Numbered from the stretch's first letter, positions 1 to 10,236 are shown. The stretch: 36,928 nt of DNA from an uncultured Solibacteraceae bacterium (GCA_964627115.1 CAZVHY010000015.1:1-36928); one strand, 5' to 3'. Translations and numbers: made by a program. The notes: generated by a model not told the origin, from the sequence alone.

Positions 1-2
1 CG

Positions 3-161
3 ACGTTCAGCGAAGAAGGCGGCGTCACGACGGTGACGACGCTGATGGACTTCGGATCGAAGGCCGCGAGGGACGGCGCCGTGGCCACCGGCATGACCGA
101 CGGGATGGAGCAGAGCTACCAGCTGCTGGATCGTCTGCTGGTGGAAAGTTCGAAGAGCTGA
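3..161 (+). CDS. 3' end of a gene cut by the window edge; C-terminal fragment weakly resembling SRPBCC/AHSA1-type proteins
   Basis: Frame 3 is open from the window edge to TGA at 159-161 (...FSEEGGVTTVTTLMDFGSKAARDGAVATGMTDGMEQSYQLLDRLLVESSKS*). Third positions are G/C-rich. The family call rests only on motif memory. Confidence 0.35.
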   Translation, partial: TFSEEGGVTTVTTLMDFGSKAARDGAVATGMTDGMEQSYQLLDRLLVESSKS

Positions 162-170
162 GATTAGGGC

Positions 171-243
171 CCGGCGGGCGTAACCACCTTCGCCAAGGCT
201 ACGGTGGTCCGCCGGAGCTTCAGCGAAGGCGGAAGCCCGCCGG
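171..243. terminator. Nested inverted repeat between convergent genes (bidirectional terminator-like structure)
   Basis: CCGGCGGGC (171-179) pairs perfectly with GCCCGCCGG (235-243). An inner pair is CCTTCGC (187-193) / GCGAAGG (223-229). It lies between the + strand stop at 161 and the purL stop at 282. There is no U-tract. Confidence 0.35.
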
Positions 244-281
244 CTACGACAGACCGGAGGTTCGGCCCTCGGTGGGGGACT

Positions 282-3200
282 TCAGCCGAGCCAGACGCGG
301 GCGTTGCGGAACAGGCGCATCCACGCGCCGTCTTCGCCCCAGGCGGGCGGCGCCCACGAGTTCTGCACGGTACGGAACACGCGCTCGGGGTGCGGCATGG
401 TGATCGTCACGCGGCCGTCTTCGGAACAGACGGCCGCGACGGCGGCTGCCGATCCGTTGGGATTGGCCGGATACGTCGTCGCCTGCCGGCCGCGCGTGTC
501 GACGTACCGGAGCGCAACGCCCGCGCGCGCCTCGAGCGCCGCGAGTTCCGTCGCATCACCGAACTCGGCCTGACCTTCGCCGTGGGCGACGACGATCGGG
601 ATCTGCGAGCCTTCCATGCCCGCGAGCAGGACCGAGGGACTGCGCTCGACGTGCACGAGCGCGACGCGCGCTTCGTACTGCTCGGACAGGTTGCGCACGA
701 ACCGAGGCCAGTGTGACGAGCCCGGCACGATGTCGCGCAGGTTCGACACCATCTGGCAGCCGTTGCAGATCCCGAGCGTGAACGTGTCGGGACGCGCGAA
801 GAACGCGGCGAACTGGTCGCGTGCGCGCGCGTTGAACAGGATCGTCTTGGCCCAGCCTTCGCCGGCGCCGAGCACGTCGCCGTACGAAAATCCGCCGCAC
901 GCGGCCACGCCCTTGAACGTTGCCAGGTCGACGCGCCCGGTGAGCACGTCGCTCATGTGCACGTCGAAGGCGTCGAAACCCGCGCGCTCGAAGGCGGCAG
1001 CCATTTCATACTGACCGTTGACGCCCTGCTCGCGCAGAATCGCCACGCGCGGCCGGACGCCCGTGGCGATGAACGGCGCCGCGATGTCTTCCCGCGTGGC
1101 ATACGTCAGCGATGCCGACAGGCCGGGATCGTCGACGTCGAGCAGCGCATCGTACTCCTCGCCTGCGCAGTACGGGTTGTCGCGCAGGCTCTGTATCGCG
1201 TGGCTCAGCTCGGCCCACGCGCGGTGCAGATCGACGCGCGATGCCTGATACAGCTCGCGGTCACCGTGTGTGATGCGGACGGTTTCGCCAGGCTCCGCGC
1301 GACCGATGCCGTGCGTCATGGCGCCAAGGCCGGTCGCAGCGAACCGGCTGGTGACGCGCTCGACGTCCGCCGCGCGCACCTGCACGACCGCGCCGAGCTC
1401 CTCATTGAACAGGGCCGCGAGCGCGTCGTTGCCAAGCGCGGCCACATCGATGTCGAGGCCGCAGTGTCCCGCGAACGCCATCTCGCAGAGCGTGGCGAAC
1501 AGGCCGCCGTCCGATCGGTCGTGATACGCGATGAGCAGTCGATCGGCGAGGCACTGCTGAACGACATCGAAAAACGCGACGAGCCTCCCGGGTTCGTCGA
1601 GATCCGGCACCTGGTCGCCGATCTGGTTCCAGGCCAGTGCGAGTGCGGAGCCGCCAAGACGGTTGCGGCCGGCGCCGAGATCCACGAGCAGCAACTCCGC
1701 ACTCTCGGCCGGGTGCAACTGCGGCGTCACACAGGCGCGCACATCGACGACAGGCGCGAAGGCCGACACGATGAGCGAGAGCGGCGCGGTGACGGACCGC
1801 TCGCCGTCGCCCTCGCGCCACTGCGTGTGCATCGACATGGAGTCCTTGCCGACGGGAATCACGAGGCCGAGCGCCGGGCAGAGCTCCATGCCCACGGCGC
1901 GGACCGTGTCGAACAACGCCTGGTCTTCACCTGGCTGACCGGCGGCGGCCATCCAGTTCGCCGACAGCTTTACGTCCGGCAGCTTTGCGATGCGGCACGA
2001 GGCGATGTTGGTGATGGCTTCGCCCACGGCCATCCGTCCCGACGCGGGCGCATCGACCATGGCCAGTGGCGTGCGCTCGCCCATGGCCATGGCTTCGCCG
2101 ACGTAGCGGTCGTAGCTCGTGAGCGTGACACCGGCATCGGCGACCGGCACCTGCCAGGGGCCCACCATCTGGTCGCGGTGCACCATGCCGGTGACGCTGC
2201 GATCGCCGATGGTGACGAGAAATCCCTTGCCGGCCACCGCCGGCACGCGCAGCACCCGCGCCGCCGCGTCCGCGATGGTGACCTCGTCGAGTGCGAGCGG
2301 CCCGCGTGGCGCTGATGTGCGCGTGAACTGGCGCCGCATCTTCGGCGGCTTGCCGAACAGCACCGAGAGCGGCAGATCGACCGGCGCGTTGCCGAACTGC
2401 GGATCCTCGACGTGCAGGTGCGCTTCGTCGCGGGCATCGCCGACCACGGCGAACGGGCAGCGTTCGCGTTCGCAGATGGCGCGGAACGTGTCGAGGTCCG
2501 CGGGCGCAATGGCCAGCACGTAGCGCTCCTGCGCTTCGTTGCACCAGATCTCGAGTGGCGACAGCGACGCGTCGGCGCTCGGAATCGATCGCAGATCGAT
2601 GCCAGCGCCGCGTCCGCCGTCCTTCACCAGCTCCGGCAGCGCGTTCGACAGGCCACCGGCGCCGACGTCGTGGATGAAGCGGATCGGATTGTCGTCGCCC
2701 ATCTGCCAGCAGCGGTCGATGACCTCCTGGCAGCGATGTTCCATCTCGGCGTTGTCGCGCTGCACGGACGCGAAGTCGAGATCGGCGTCACTCACGCCCG
2801 ATGTCATGGACGAGGCGGCGCCGCCGCCAAGGCCGATGAGCATCGCGGGGCCACCGAGCACGACGAGCAGCGATCCGGCCGGCATGTCGCGCTTGTGGAC
2901 GTGCGCCTCGCGGATGTTGCCGAGTCCGCCGGCAATCATGATCGGCTTGTGGTAGCCGCGCACGCGGCCCTCGTCGGTCTGTTCGAGCGTGCGGAAGTAG
3001 CCGCAGATGGCGGGACGTCCGAACTCGTTGTTGAACGCGGCCGCGCCGATGGGGCCGTCGATCATGATCTGCAGCGGCGAGACGATGCGATCCGGTTTGC
3101 CGTAGTGTGCTTCCCATGGCTGCTCGAGACCCGGCACGCGCAGGTTCGAGACGCTGAAGCCGACCAGGCCCGCCTTCGGCCGTGCGCCACAACCGACCGC

Positions 3201-4163
3201 GCCCTCGTCTCGAATTTCGCCGCCCGATCCCGTCGACGCACCGGGGTACGGCGCGATGGCCGTCGGGTGATTGTGCGTCTCGACCTTCGCGAGAACGTGC
3301 ACGGGTTCTTCCCTGAACGCGAAACGTCCGGTGGCCGGATCGGGGTAGAACCGCGACGCGTCGTGTCCGCGTATGACCGCGGCGTTGTCCGCGTACGCAC
3401 TCAACACGTCCTGCGTGTCGCCCTGTTCGTACGTGTTGCGGATCATGCCGAACAGGCTCTTCGGCTGTTCGGCGCCATCGACCGTCCATGTCGCGTTGAA
3501 GATCTTGTGCCGGCAGTGTTCGCTGTTGGCCTGCGCGAACATCATCAGCTCGACGTCCGTCGGGTTGCGGCCGAGACCGGCGAACGCGTCGCACAGGTAG
3601 TCGATTTCGTCGGGTGCGAGAGCGAATCCGAGCTCGCGGTTGGCGCGTTCGAGCGCGTCGCGTCCGCCCCCGATCACGTCGATCGTGACGAGTGGCCGCG
3701 CCTCGGCGTGCGCAAACAGGGCCGACGCGTCGTCGAGGGACGCCAGCACGGTTTCGACCATCCGGTCGTGCAGGGCCACGGCCACACGTGGGCGCGTCGC
3801 GTTGTCGATGGGCGCACCCGCGTCGACGTAGTACGCCATGCCGCGTTCGACCCGCCGAATCGTCGTCAGTCCCGCGTTGTGGACGATGTCGGTGGCCTTG
3901 CTCGACCAGGGGGATACGGTGCCGGCGCGCGGCACGACGAGAAACAGGTTGCCGCGCTCGTTGACGTCGGCCCGGCGCGGTCCATAGGTCAAGAGCTTCG
4001 CGAGGACGGCGTGGTCGGCGTCGGTCAGGCTGCCATCGACGTCCGCGAAGTGTACGAACCGCGCGTCGAGCGTCTGCACCTCCGGCAGCACGGTACGAAC
4101 GGCGGTGAGGAGGCGTTGGAGGCGGAACGGGGAGAGCGCCGCGGCGCCCGGGAGTATCAGCAT
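282..4163 (-). CDS. purL: Phosphoribosylformylglycinamidine (FGAM) synthase, single-chain large form
   Basis: ORF 282..4634 trimmed to the ATG at 4163-4161 ([18 protein letters not shown]...), where the typical large-PurL N-terminus begins. The product is 1293 aa. It has a C-terminal glutamine amidotransferase motif GICNGCQM and the PurL-type motif [11 protein letters not shown]. The 157 upstream codons run into the divergent gene and look non-coding. Confidence 0.95.
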   Translation of the reverse strand: MLILPGAAALSPFRLQRLLTAVRTVLPEVQTLDARFVHFADVDGSLTDADHAVLAKLLTYGPRRADVNERGNLFLVVPRAGTVSPWSSKATDIVHNAGLTTIRRVERGMAYYVDAGAPIDNATRPRVAVALHDRMVETVLASLDDASALFAHAEARPLVTIDVIGGGRDALERANRELGFALAPDEIDYLCDAFAGLGRNPTDVELMMFAQANSEHCRHKIFNATWTVDGAEQPKSLFGMIRNTYEQGDTQDVLSAYADNAAVIRGHDASRFYPDPATGRFAFREEPVHVLAKVETHNHPTAIAPYPGASTGSGGEIRDEGAVGCGARPKAGLVGFSVSNLRVPGLEQPWEAHYGKPDRIVSPLQIMIDGPIGAAAFNNEFGRPAICGYFRTLEQTDEGRVRGYHKPIMIAGGLGNIREAHVHKRDMPAGSLLVVLGGPAMLIGLGGGAASSMTSGVSDADLDFASVQRDNAEMEHRCQEVIDRCWQMGDDNPIRFIHDVGAGGLSNALPELVKDGGRGAGIDLRSIPSADASLSPLEIWCNEAQERYVLAIAPADLDTFRAICERERCPFAVVGDARDEAHLHVEDPQFGNAPVDLPLSVLFGKPPKMRRQFTRTSAPRGPLALDEVTIADAAARVLRVPAVAGKGFLVTIGDRSVTGMVHRDQMVGPWQVPVADAGVTLTSYDRYVGEAMAMGERTPLAMVDAPASGRMAVGEAITNIASCRIAKLPDVKLSANWMAAAGQPGEDQALFDTVRAVGMELCPALGLVIPVGKDSMSMHTQWREGDGERSVTAPLSLIVSAFAPVVDVRACVTPQLHPAESAELLLVDLGAGRNRLGGSALALAWNQIGDQVPDLDEPGRLVAFFDVVQQCLADRLLIAYHDRSDGGLFATLCEMAFAGHCGLDIDVAALGNDALAALFNEELGAVVQVRAADVERVTSRFAATGLGAMTHGIGRAEPGETVRITHGDRELYQASRVDLHRAWAELSHAIQSLRDNPYCAGEEYDALLDVDDPGLSASLTYATREDIAAPFIATGVRPRVAILREQGVNGQYEMAAAFERAGFDAFDVHMSDVLTGRVDLATFKGVAACGGFSYGDVLGAGEGWAKTILFNARARDQFAAFFARPDTFTLGICNGCQMVSNLRDIVPGSSHWPRFVRNLSEQYEARVALVHVERSPSVLLAGMEGSQIPIVVAHGEGQAEFGDATELAALEARAGVALRYVDTRGRQATTYPANPNGSAAAVAAVCSEDGRVTITMPHPERVFRTVQNSWAPPAWGEDGAWMRLFRNARVWLG

Positions 4164-4241
4164 GTCGTGTCGAGTCGGCGTGCGGATCGGTACGCGAGGA
4201 ACTGCACGCGTGCCACCATCAAGTTTAGCAGTACGCCTGCC

Positions 4242-4271
4242 TTGACACTCTTTCAGACGCGGCGACAGAAT
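4242..4271 (+). promoter_or_regulatory. Candidate sigma70-type promoter for the DUF1080 gene
   Basis: TTGACA (4242-4247), an 18-nt spacer, then CAGAAT (4266-4271). SD GAGGTGA (4292-4298) precedes the ATG at 4303. Confidence 0.3.
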
Positions 4272-4302
4272 GCCCGCTTGATATTTCAATCGAGGTGATC
4301 CG

Positions 4303-5112
4303 ATGCGAGTCCGCGCGACCATTCCCGCTCTTTCCGCGATCGTCGTCGCTTGTGCCGTGGCCGTCGCTGCTGAACAGGTCGCGCCGGCCCAGGGGGGCGC
4401 TCCCAAGCCGCGCCCGGAAGATACCGAGGTGTGGGAGCCGGTGCCCCCGGCTGTGACGCCGGGCGCCACGAACAGCGCGCCGCCCTCGGATGCGGTCGTA
4501 CTCTTCGACGGGCGCAATCTGGACGAGTGGATCAATTCACGCGACAAAGCGCCGGCCGGCTGGACCGTGGCAGACGGTGTGATGACCGTCAACAAGCAGG
4601 CCGGCAACATCGAAACGAAGCGGACGTTCCGCAACTACCAGCTGCACATCGAGTGGTTCATCCCGGCGCACATCACGGGCGACGGCCAGGCGCGCGGCAA
4701 CAGCGGCGTGTTTCTCGCCTCGACCGGCAACGGTGATGCCGGGTACGAGATCCAGGTGCTCGACTCGTTCAACAGCAAGACGTACTCGAACGGCCAGGCC
4801 GGCAGCATCTACAAGCAGTACATTCCGCTCGCCAACGCGATGCGCAAGCCCGGCGAGTGGCAGGCGTACGACATCATCTGGACCGCACCGGTCTGGAACG
4901 CTGACGGTTCGCTGCGGTCACCGGCCTACGTCACCGCCTTCCACAACGGCGTGCTCATCCAGAATCACGTCGAGCTCAAGGGCGAGACGGTCTACATCGG
5001 CCAGCCGAATTACGATCGCCGCTACGACCGCGCGGCGATCAAGCTGCAGTCGCACGGCGATCCGAGCCCGGTGATCAGCTTCCGGAACATCTGGGTGCGG
5101 GAGTTGAACTGA
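4303..5112 (+). CDS. Secreted DUF1080 (3-keto-disaccharide hydrolase family) protein
   Basis: 269 aa with an SD upstream and a signal peptide ([25 protein letters not shown]). The body fits the DUF1080 pattern ([59 protein letters not shown]). Confidence 0.8.
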   Translation: MRVRATIPALSAIVVACAVAVAAEQVAPAQGGAPKPRPEDTEVWEPVPPAVTPGATNSAPPSDAVVLFDGRNLDEWINSRDKAPAGWTVADGVMTVNKQAGNIETKRTFRNYQLHIEWFIPAHITGDGQARGNSGVFLASTGNGDAGYEIQVLDSFNSKTYSNGQAGSIYKQYIPLANAMRKPGEWQAYDIIWTAPVWNADGSLRSPAYVTAFHNGVLIQNHVELKGETVYIGQPNYDRRYDRAAIKLQSHGDPSPVISFRNIWVRELN

Positions 5113-5120
5113 CGCGAGCG

Positions 5121-5150
5121 GGCTACGAGGCGACAAGGCGACGAGGCGAC
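5121..5150 (+). repeat. Tandem degenerate 8-mers GGCTACGA GGCGACAA GGCGACGA GGCGAC abutting the next start codon
   Basis: Direct reading shows an 8-nt period. The same word family recurs at 36838-36861 and, inverted, at 36889-36920. Confidence 0.6.
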
Positions 5151-6164
5151 ATGCGCACATCCTTCTATCGACGTCATCGACTGTTCGAGATTGGCGATGC
5201 GCCTGTGCCCACGCCGGGGGCAGGCGAGGCGCTGCTGCGTGTGCGCCGTGTCGGCATCTGTGGCAGCGATCTGCACATCTTCCAGGGGCACCTCGATCAT
5301 CGCGTGCCGGTCGACGGCACGATCGGCCACGAGGTCTTTGCTGAAGTCGTCACGGCGCCTGAACACAGCGGCTTCGCGGCCGGCGCCCGTGTCGTCGTCG
5401 AGCCGGTGCTGTTCTGCGGCACCTGCCGCGCGTGCCGGATGGGCGCCACCTATCTCTGCTATTCGCTGAAGGTCCTCGGTGTCGATGCCACGGGCGGCAT
5501 GCAGGACTACTGGACGGTGCCGGTCGACCGGCTCATCGCCGTGCCCGACTCGCTGTCGGACAACGACGCGGCGCTCATCGAACCCATGGCCGTGGCCACG
5601 CACGACGTGGCGCGTGCGGGCGTCAAAGCGGGCGACACGGTGCTGGTGTTCGGCGGCGGGCCCATCGGCACGCTCATCGCACTCGTCGCGCGTCAGCGCG
5701 GCGCCGACGTGCGGGTGGCCGAGATCAACCCGTGGCGCGTGTCGCTGCTGCAGCAACTCGGTTTCGAGACGATCGGTCCTGGCGACGATCCCGTGGCGGC
5801 CGCGCGCGCGTGGACCGGCGGCAACGGCGTGGACGTCGCCTTCGAGGTGAGCGGCAGTCACGATGCCGTGCGCGTCATCACCGAGGTCGTGCGCGTGTGG
5901 GGCACGGTCAGCATCATCGCCATTCATGCCGAACCGGCCGCCGTGAACCTCTATCCGATGTTCGCGCGCGAGCTGACGATGCACGGGAGCCGGCTGTATA
6001 CGCGGGCGGCGTGGGTCGAGGCCATCAACCTCATGGCCGCGGGCCAGATTCACGCGAGTCCACTCATCAGCCGGCTGATTCCGCTCGAACACCTGCAGCA
6101 GGGGATGGAGGAAGCGCTCGGCGGCGGACCGGTGATGAAGATTCTCGTCGACCTGACGGCGTAG
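5151..6164 (+). CDS. Zinc-dependent alcohol/polyol dehydrogenase (MDR superfamily)
   Basis: 337 aa. Motifs include GICGSDLHIF...GHE (catalytic Zn), a Cys-rich structural Zn loop (CGTCRACRMG) and the Rossmann motif VFGGGPIG. Confidence 0.85.
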   Translation: MRTSFYRRHRLFEIGDAPVPTPGAGEALLRVRRVGICGSDLHIFQGHLDHRVPVDGTIGHEVFAEVVTAPEHSGFAAGARVVVEPVLFCGTCRACRMGATYLCYSLKVLGVDATGGMQDYWTVPVDRLIAVPDSLSDNDAALIEPMAVATHDVARAGVKAGDTVLVFGGGPIGTLIALVARQRGADVRVAEINPWRVSLLQQLGFETIGPGDDPVAAARAWTGGNGVDVAFEVSGSHDAVRVITEVVRVWGTVSIIAIHAEPAAVNLYPMFARELTMHGSRLYTRAAWVEAINLMAAGQIHASPLISRLIPLEHLQQGMEEALGGGPVMKILVDLTA

Positions 6165-6241
6165 GCGCGGGGCCACGTTTGCCCCCATCTCCGCGGTCGG
6201 CTACGATGCCCGGAGCCGCCTGCCTCACGGAGAATAGTTGC

Positions 6242-6682
6242 ATGCACGCACGCGTTCGTTCCGGTCGTCTCTTTGCGCTCTCAGCGCTGGTCGTGGCGTG
6301 GCTCGTCACGACGGCGGCCTGCGGCGGCTACAACCCGCTCAACCCGTCGGACTTCGGCATTCAGTCCACCGATCTCGTGCAGGGGAACGGCACGCAACTG
6401 CGCGCCGGACGCGGCGCCACGGTCAACTACGTCCTGTGGCTGTACGACGAGACGAAGCCCGAGGGGAAGGGCACACAGGTCGAAGCGGGTAACAACTTCT
6501 CGTTCCCGTTCGGCTACGGCCAGGTCATCAGTGGTTGGGACATCGGTCTCGACGGCATGAAGGTGGGCGGGACGCGTCGGCTGGTGATTCCACCGAGCCA
6601 CGCGTACGGCTCGTCCTCCAGCGACAAGATCCCGGCGAACTCGACCCTGGTGTTCGAGGTCTCGCTCGTCGGCATCTACTGA
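6242..6682 (+). CDS. FKBP-type peptidyl-prolyl cis-trans isomerase, probable lipoprotein
   Basis: This is the C-terminal 146 aa of ORF 5432..6682, starting at ATG 6242 after SD GGAG. It has a signal sequence with a lipobox-like LVTTAAC. FKBP_C motifs are present (VISGWDIGLDGMKVGGTRRLVIPPSHAYG, LVFEVSLV). Confidence 0.85.
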   Translation: MHARVRSGRLFALSALVVAWLVTTAACGGYNPLNPSDFGIQSTDLVQGNGTQLRAGRGATVNYVLWLYDETKPEGKGTQVEAGNNFSFPFGYGQVISGWDIGLDGMKVGGTRRLVIPPSHAYGSSSSDKIPANSTLVFEVSLVGIY

Positions 6683-6921
6683 GCGCCCGTTACGCGATCC
6701 GTTGATGCGCCGCCGGTTCCTGTCGCCTGTTGTCCGTGTCGTCCTCGTCGCGCCTGACGCCCTGCGACTTGACAGCCGCGTTCGAACGATCGACCATCAG
6801 CAGATGATGTGGCAGTCCTTTTCGTGTTGTCGGGGCCAGGAGCTCTCCGGTACGCGCGGAGGACGACGGGGACGTGGTCCCGGCATGGCCGGCTGACCGA
6901 TGTCCCGAAGGTTCTCGCGAA

Positions 6922-6962
6922 GGCCCGGAGCAGTCGACTGCTTCGGGCCTTTTCGCTTTTCT
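6922..6962 (+). terminator. Intrinsic terminator-like hairpin with U-tract, about 50 nt upstream of the peroxiredoxin start
   Basis: GGCCCGGAGCAG (6922-6933), loop TCGA, CTGCTTCGGGCC (6938-6949), giving 12 bp with one G-U. It is followed by TTTTCGCTTTTCT. Confidence 0.55.
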
Positions 6963-7014
6963 GACGGCGGTGCGCCACCGTCGTTCGTCGGAGCACTGGC
7001 AGAGGAGACAGATC

Positions 7015-7656
7015 ATGGCATTGCGACTTGGAGACATCGCCCCCGATTTCACGGCTGAGACCACCGAAGGCACGATCAACTTCCACGAGTGGAAGGGAGC
7101 GAGCTGGACGGTCCTGTTTTCGCACCCGCGCGACTTCACGCCGGTGTGCACCACCGAACTGGGCGCGGTCGCCAACCTCAAGCCGGAGTTCACCAAGCGG
7201 AACACGAAGGTCATCGGCCTGTCGGTCGATCCGGTCGACGCGCACAGCCGCTGGGTGCAGGACATCCGTGACGTGACCGGCGCCTCGGTGAATTTTCCGA
7301 TGATCGCCGACCCCGATCGGAAGGTCGCGACGCTCTACGACATGATTCACCCGAACGCGAGCGATACGGCCACGGTGCGGTCGGTCTTCGTCATCGGGCC
7401 GGACAACAAGATCAAGCTGACCTTGACCTATCCGGCCTCGACGGGGCGCAATTTCCAGGAGCTCCTGCGGGTGATCGATTCGCTGCAGCTGACGGCCAAA
7501 CACCAGGTGGCCACGCCGGCCGACTGGGCCGCCGGGCAGGACGTCATCATCGTCCCGGCCGTGTCCGACGAGGACGCGCACAAGCGCTTCCCGGGCTTCG
7601 TGGCGAAGAAGCCCTACCTGCGTCTGACGCCGCAGCCGGAATTCGATCGGTCGTAG
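7015..7656 (+). CDS. 1-Cys peroxiredoxin (Prx6-type)
   Basis: 213 aa from ATG 7015 with SD GAGGAG upstream. The sequence begins MALRLGDIAPDF and carries the peroxidatic motif FTPVCTTE. The C-terminal region is Prx6-like. Confidence 0.9.
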   Translation: MALRLGDIAPDFTAETTEGTINFHEWKGASWTVLFSHPRDFTPVCTTELGAVANLKPEFTKRNTKVIGLSVDPVDAHSRWVQDIRDVTGASVNFPMIADPDRKVATLYDMIHPNASDTATVRSVFVIGPDNKIKLTLTYPASTGRNFQELLRVIDSLQLTAKHQVATPADWAAGQDVIIVPAVSDEDAHKRFPGFVAKKPYLRLTPQPEFDRS

Positions 7657-7658
7657 GG

Positions 7659-7700
7659 GACTCCGGCTGGCAGCCCGGCTGCCGGCTGCCGATCGGAGTC
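7659..7700 (+). terminator. GC-rich hairpin downstream of the peroxiredoxin gene
   Basis: GACTCCG (7659-7665) pairs with CGGAGTC (7694-7700). The loop contains GGCAGCC/GGCTGCC repeats. There is no U-tract. Confidence 0.3.
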
Positions 7701-7723
7701 TGACGGTCGGTCGTGGAACCATC

Positions 7724-7781
7724 GCAGGGGCGGGCCCCGTGCCCGCCCCTGCGGCTCCGATGGGCCGACACAGGGGTCGGC
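7724..7781. repeat. REP-like palindromic element: hairpin A plus module B
   Basis: GCAGGGGCGGGC-cccgt-GCCCGCCCCTGC (7724-7752) has a perfect 12-bp stem. It is followed by TGGGCCGACACAGGGGTCGGC (7761-7781). Both modules recur at 26274-26336. Confidence 0.65.
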
Positions 7782-7849
7782 TTCCTCCTGAGCGTCAGGT
7801 CGCCGATCTCCCGGTGGCCGGTAGTCGACTATGATCGCGGCCATCCGAG

Positions 7850-8953
7850 TTGCCTATGGCTGCGTCCTCACGTTCCGCCACGAAGAAACCGACGATTGCC
7901 ATGGTGGCCGCGCAGGCCGGCGTGGCGGTCAGCACCGTCTCCCGCTTCCTCAACGGCCACTACGTCAGTCCTGAAGTCCGCGCGCGGCTCGCGCAGGTCA
8001 TCGAGACGCTCGGCTACAGCCGATCGTGGACCGCGCGCAACCTCAGTCTCGGCCGCCGCGGGAGCATTGGCGTCATCGTCGACTCCATCGAAGATCCGTG
8101 GTTCGTGCAGGTGCTGCTCGGCATCGAGGAGGAGCTGGCGTCGCGCGATTCGAGCCTGATGCTGGCCAGTCTCGAACTGCTCGGACGCTACGACCCGGCA
8201 CGTGTGTTCGAGTGGATTCGCGATCACCGCGTCGACGGGATGATCCTGGCCAAGACGCAGCGGCGCGATCGCGCCATCCTGCACGCGGCCGCGCAGGCGC
8301 GCCTGCCCGTGGTGGCCGTCGCCCCGGACGAACGGCTGCCCGACGTGCAGGTCCTGCACTGCAACAACTTCGAGGCCGGCGTGCTCCTGGCCGAGCATCT
8401 GGCCGATCTCGGGCACAAGCGCATCGCGTTCGCCGGCGGCCCGCCGCACTCGATCGACTCGAAACACCGTCTGCGCGGCGTGCGCGAGGGGCTGACGCGC
8501 CGGAGTCTCCGTCTCGACCCCGCGCTCGTCTATTCCTGCGGCGGCTGGGAGATCGACGCCGGGACGACGTTCGCCCAGTCGCTCCTGGGCCGGCCGCTGC
8601 CGATGACGGCCATCGTCTTTGCCAACGACGCGCTGGCGCTGGGCTTCCTGCGCGTGGCGCACGAGCGCGGCGTGCGCGTGCCGCAGGACGTGTCGGTCGC
8701 GGGGTTCGACGGTCTGCCGCTCGGCGCGATTTCGTGGCCGTCGCTGACAACCGTCGCGCAGCCCATCCGCGACATGGGGCGCGTGGCCTGCCGCCGGCTG
8801 TTCGAGGCGATCGTGCAACCCGGATCGGTCGAACAGATTCAGTTCCGCATGACGCTCGTGCCACGCGAAAGCAGTGGCCCGGTGCCCGCCGCCGCCGAGA
8901 ACGTGCGCCTCCAGCCGGTCATCCGGGCGGGGGCCAGGCTGGCAGGCGAGTAG
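7850..8953 (+). CDS. LacI-family transcriptional regulator
   Basis: 367 aa. Start is TTG 7850 or ATG 7856. N-terminal HTH (PTIAMVAAQAGVAVSTVSRFLNG) followed by a periplasmic-binding-protein-like sugar-binding fold. Confidence 0.85.
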   Translation: MPMAASSRSATKKPTIAMVAAQAGVAVSTVSRFLNGHYVSPEVRARLAQVIETLGYSRSWTARNLSLGRRGSIGVIVDSIEDPWFVQVLLGIEEELASRDSSLMLASLELLGRYDPARVFEWIRDHRVDGMILAKTQRRDRAILHAAAQARLPVVAVAPDERLPDVQVLHCNNFEAGVLLAEHLADLGHKRIAFAGGPPHSIDSKHRLRGVREGLTRRSLRLDPALVYSCGGWEIDAGTTFAQSLLGRPLPMTAIVFANDALALGFLRVAHERGVRVPQDVSVAGFDGLPLGAISWPSLTTVAQPIRDMGRVACRRLFEAIVQPGSVEQIQFRMTLVPRESSGPVPAAAENVRLQPVIRAGARLAGE

Positions 8954-9012
8954 GCGGTCCGCGTCCAGATCCGTTACAATCTGCGACTCGAAAGCCTTTG
9001 TGATTATGGGGG

Positions 9013-9026
9013 TGGAAACGGTTCCG
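9013..9026. promoter_or_regulatory. Candidate LacI-type operator (imperfect palindrome TGGAAACGGTTCCG)
   Basis: Half-sites match 5/7 around a central CG. The site lies 47 nt upstream of the oxidoreductase start and directly downstream of the LacI gene. No second copy was seen in the window. Confidence 0.2.
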
Positions 9027-9072
9027 CAGCCCCGCGCGACCGTCCGCCCCCTGCCGGGAAAGTGAGGGGTGT

Positions 9073-10236
9073 GTGAAGCGAATCGGAATGGGCATCGTTG
9101 GCGCCGGCTTCATCGGGCCGCAACACATCAACGCCGTCCGTCGACTGGGATTTGTCGACATCGTGGCCGTGGCCGACATGAACGAGGCCGTGGCGCGCGA
9201 GAAGGCAGACCAGTTGAGCGTGCCGAAGGCCTACGGCAACTACGAAGAGATGCTCAAGGACCCGGACGTGCACGTGGTCCACAACGCCACGCCGAACTTC
9301 CTGCACTATCCCGTCAACGCCGCCATCATCGCGGCTGGCAAGCACGTCGTCTCGGACAAGCCGCTGGCGCTCACCGCGGACGAAGCGCGCCAGTTGCGCG
9401 ACCAGGCCGCGAAGGCCGGCGTGTTCAACGGCGTCACGTTCTCGTATCGCGGCAACCCGCTCGTGCAGCAGGCGCGCGTGTCGATTGCCAAAGGACGCAT
9501 CGGCAAGCCGAACTTCGTCTACGGCCACTACATTCAGGACTGGCTGTTGCGCGACACGGACTACTCGTGGCGCCTCGAGCCGGACAAGGGCGGCGAGTCG
9601 TCGGCGCTCGGCGACATCGGATCGCACTGGTGCGATCTCGTGCAGCACGTCACCGGGCTCCGCATCACGCACGTGCTCGGCGACATCTCGACCGTGGTGC
9701 CGCAGCGCAAGAAGCCGCGCGGACGCCGTGAGGCGTTTGCCGCCGCATCGGCCAACGAGGAGTTCGATCTGATCGACATCAAGGTCGAAGATCTCGCGTC
9801 GGTGCTCATCCGCTTCGACAACGGGGCGAAGGGCGTGTTCACGGCCGGACAGGTCTGCGCCGGACACAAGAACGACCTGATGTTCGAAGTCTGCGGATCG
9901 GAAGCGTCGATCAAGTGGCAGCAGGAGCAGCAGAACGAGCTCTGGATCGGCCACCGCGACAAGCCCAGCGAAATCCTCGTGAAGGATCCGGGCCTGCTCG
10001 ATCCCGACGTGCGGCACTACGCGCACCTGCCTGGCGGTCACCAGGAGGCCTGGGCCGACGCGTTCAGCAACATCATGGGCGACATCTATCGGACGATTCA
10101 GGCGGGCGGGAGCCCGAAGGATCCGACGCCGCCGGCCTTTGCGACATTCGAGGACGGCTACCGCGCCAATGCCATCGTCGACGCGATCCTGAAGAGCGCG
10201 CGCGCGGGCAGCGTCTGGACGAAGGTGGAGTACTGA
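9073..10236 (+). CDS. Gfo/Idh/MocA-family NAD(P)-dependent sugar oxidoreductase
   Basis: 387 aa. GTG 9073 follows SD GAGGGG; an alternative ATG is at 9088. Rossmann motif [12 protein letters not shown] followed by the family C-terminal alpha/beta domain. Confidence 0.85.
   Translation: MKRIGMGIVGAGFIGPQHINAVRRLGFVDIVAVADMNEAVAREKADQLSVPKAYGNYEEMLKDPDVHVVHNATPNFLHYPVNAAIIAAGKHVVSDKPLALTADEARQLRDQAAKAGVFNGVTFSYRGNPLVQQARVSIAKGRIGKPNFVYGHYIQDWLLRDTDYSWRLEPDKGGESSALGDIGSHWCDLVQHVTGLRITHVLGDISTVVPQRKKPRGRREAFAAASANEEFDLIDIKVEDLASVLIRFDNGAKGVFTAGQVCAGHKNDLMFEVCGSEASIKWQQEQQNELWIGHRDKPSEILVKDPGLLDPDVRHYAHLPGGHQEAWADAFSNIMGDIYRTIQAGGSPKDPTPPAFATFEDGYRANAIVDAILKSARAGSVWTKVEY

Noticed and set aside
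4164-4302. Purine/ZTP riboswitch in the purL 5' region
   Set aside because: No pfl/ZTP (CCGCCUGGGC-type) or purine three-way-junction motifs were recognisable on the minus strand.
4164-4634. N-terminal 157-codon extension of the purL ORF (282..4634)
   Set aside because: Similarity to FGAM synthase starts at MLILPG (ATG 4163). The extension is low-complexity and overlaps the start of the well-supported divergent DUF1080 gene and its promoter region.
5432-6241. Upstream 270 codons of ORF 5432..6682
   Set aside because: This is an alternative frame of the MDR dehydrogenase gene. Only the last 146 codons (from ATG 6242, with signal peptide and FKBP domain) are credible.
6702-6896. 64-aa ORF between the FKBP gene and the terminator at 6922
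   Set aside because: G/C at third positions is clearly lower than in real genes here. There is no SD, and the product is Arg-rich and featureless. The region is kept only as possible non-coding RNA or UTR.
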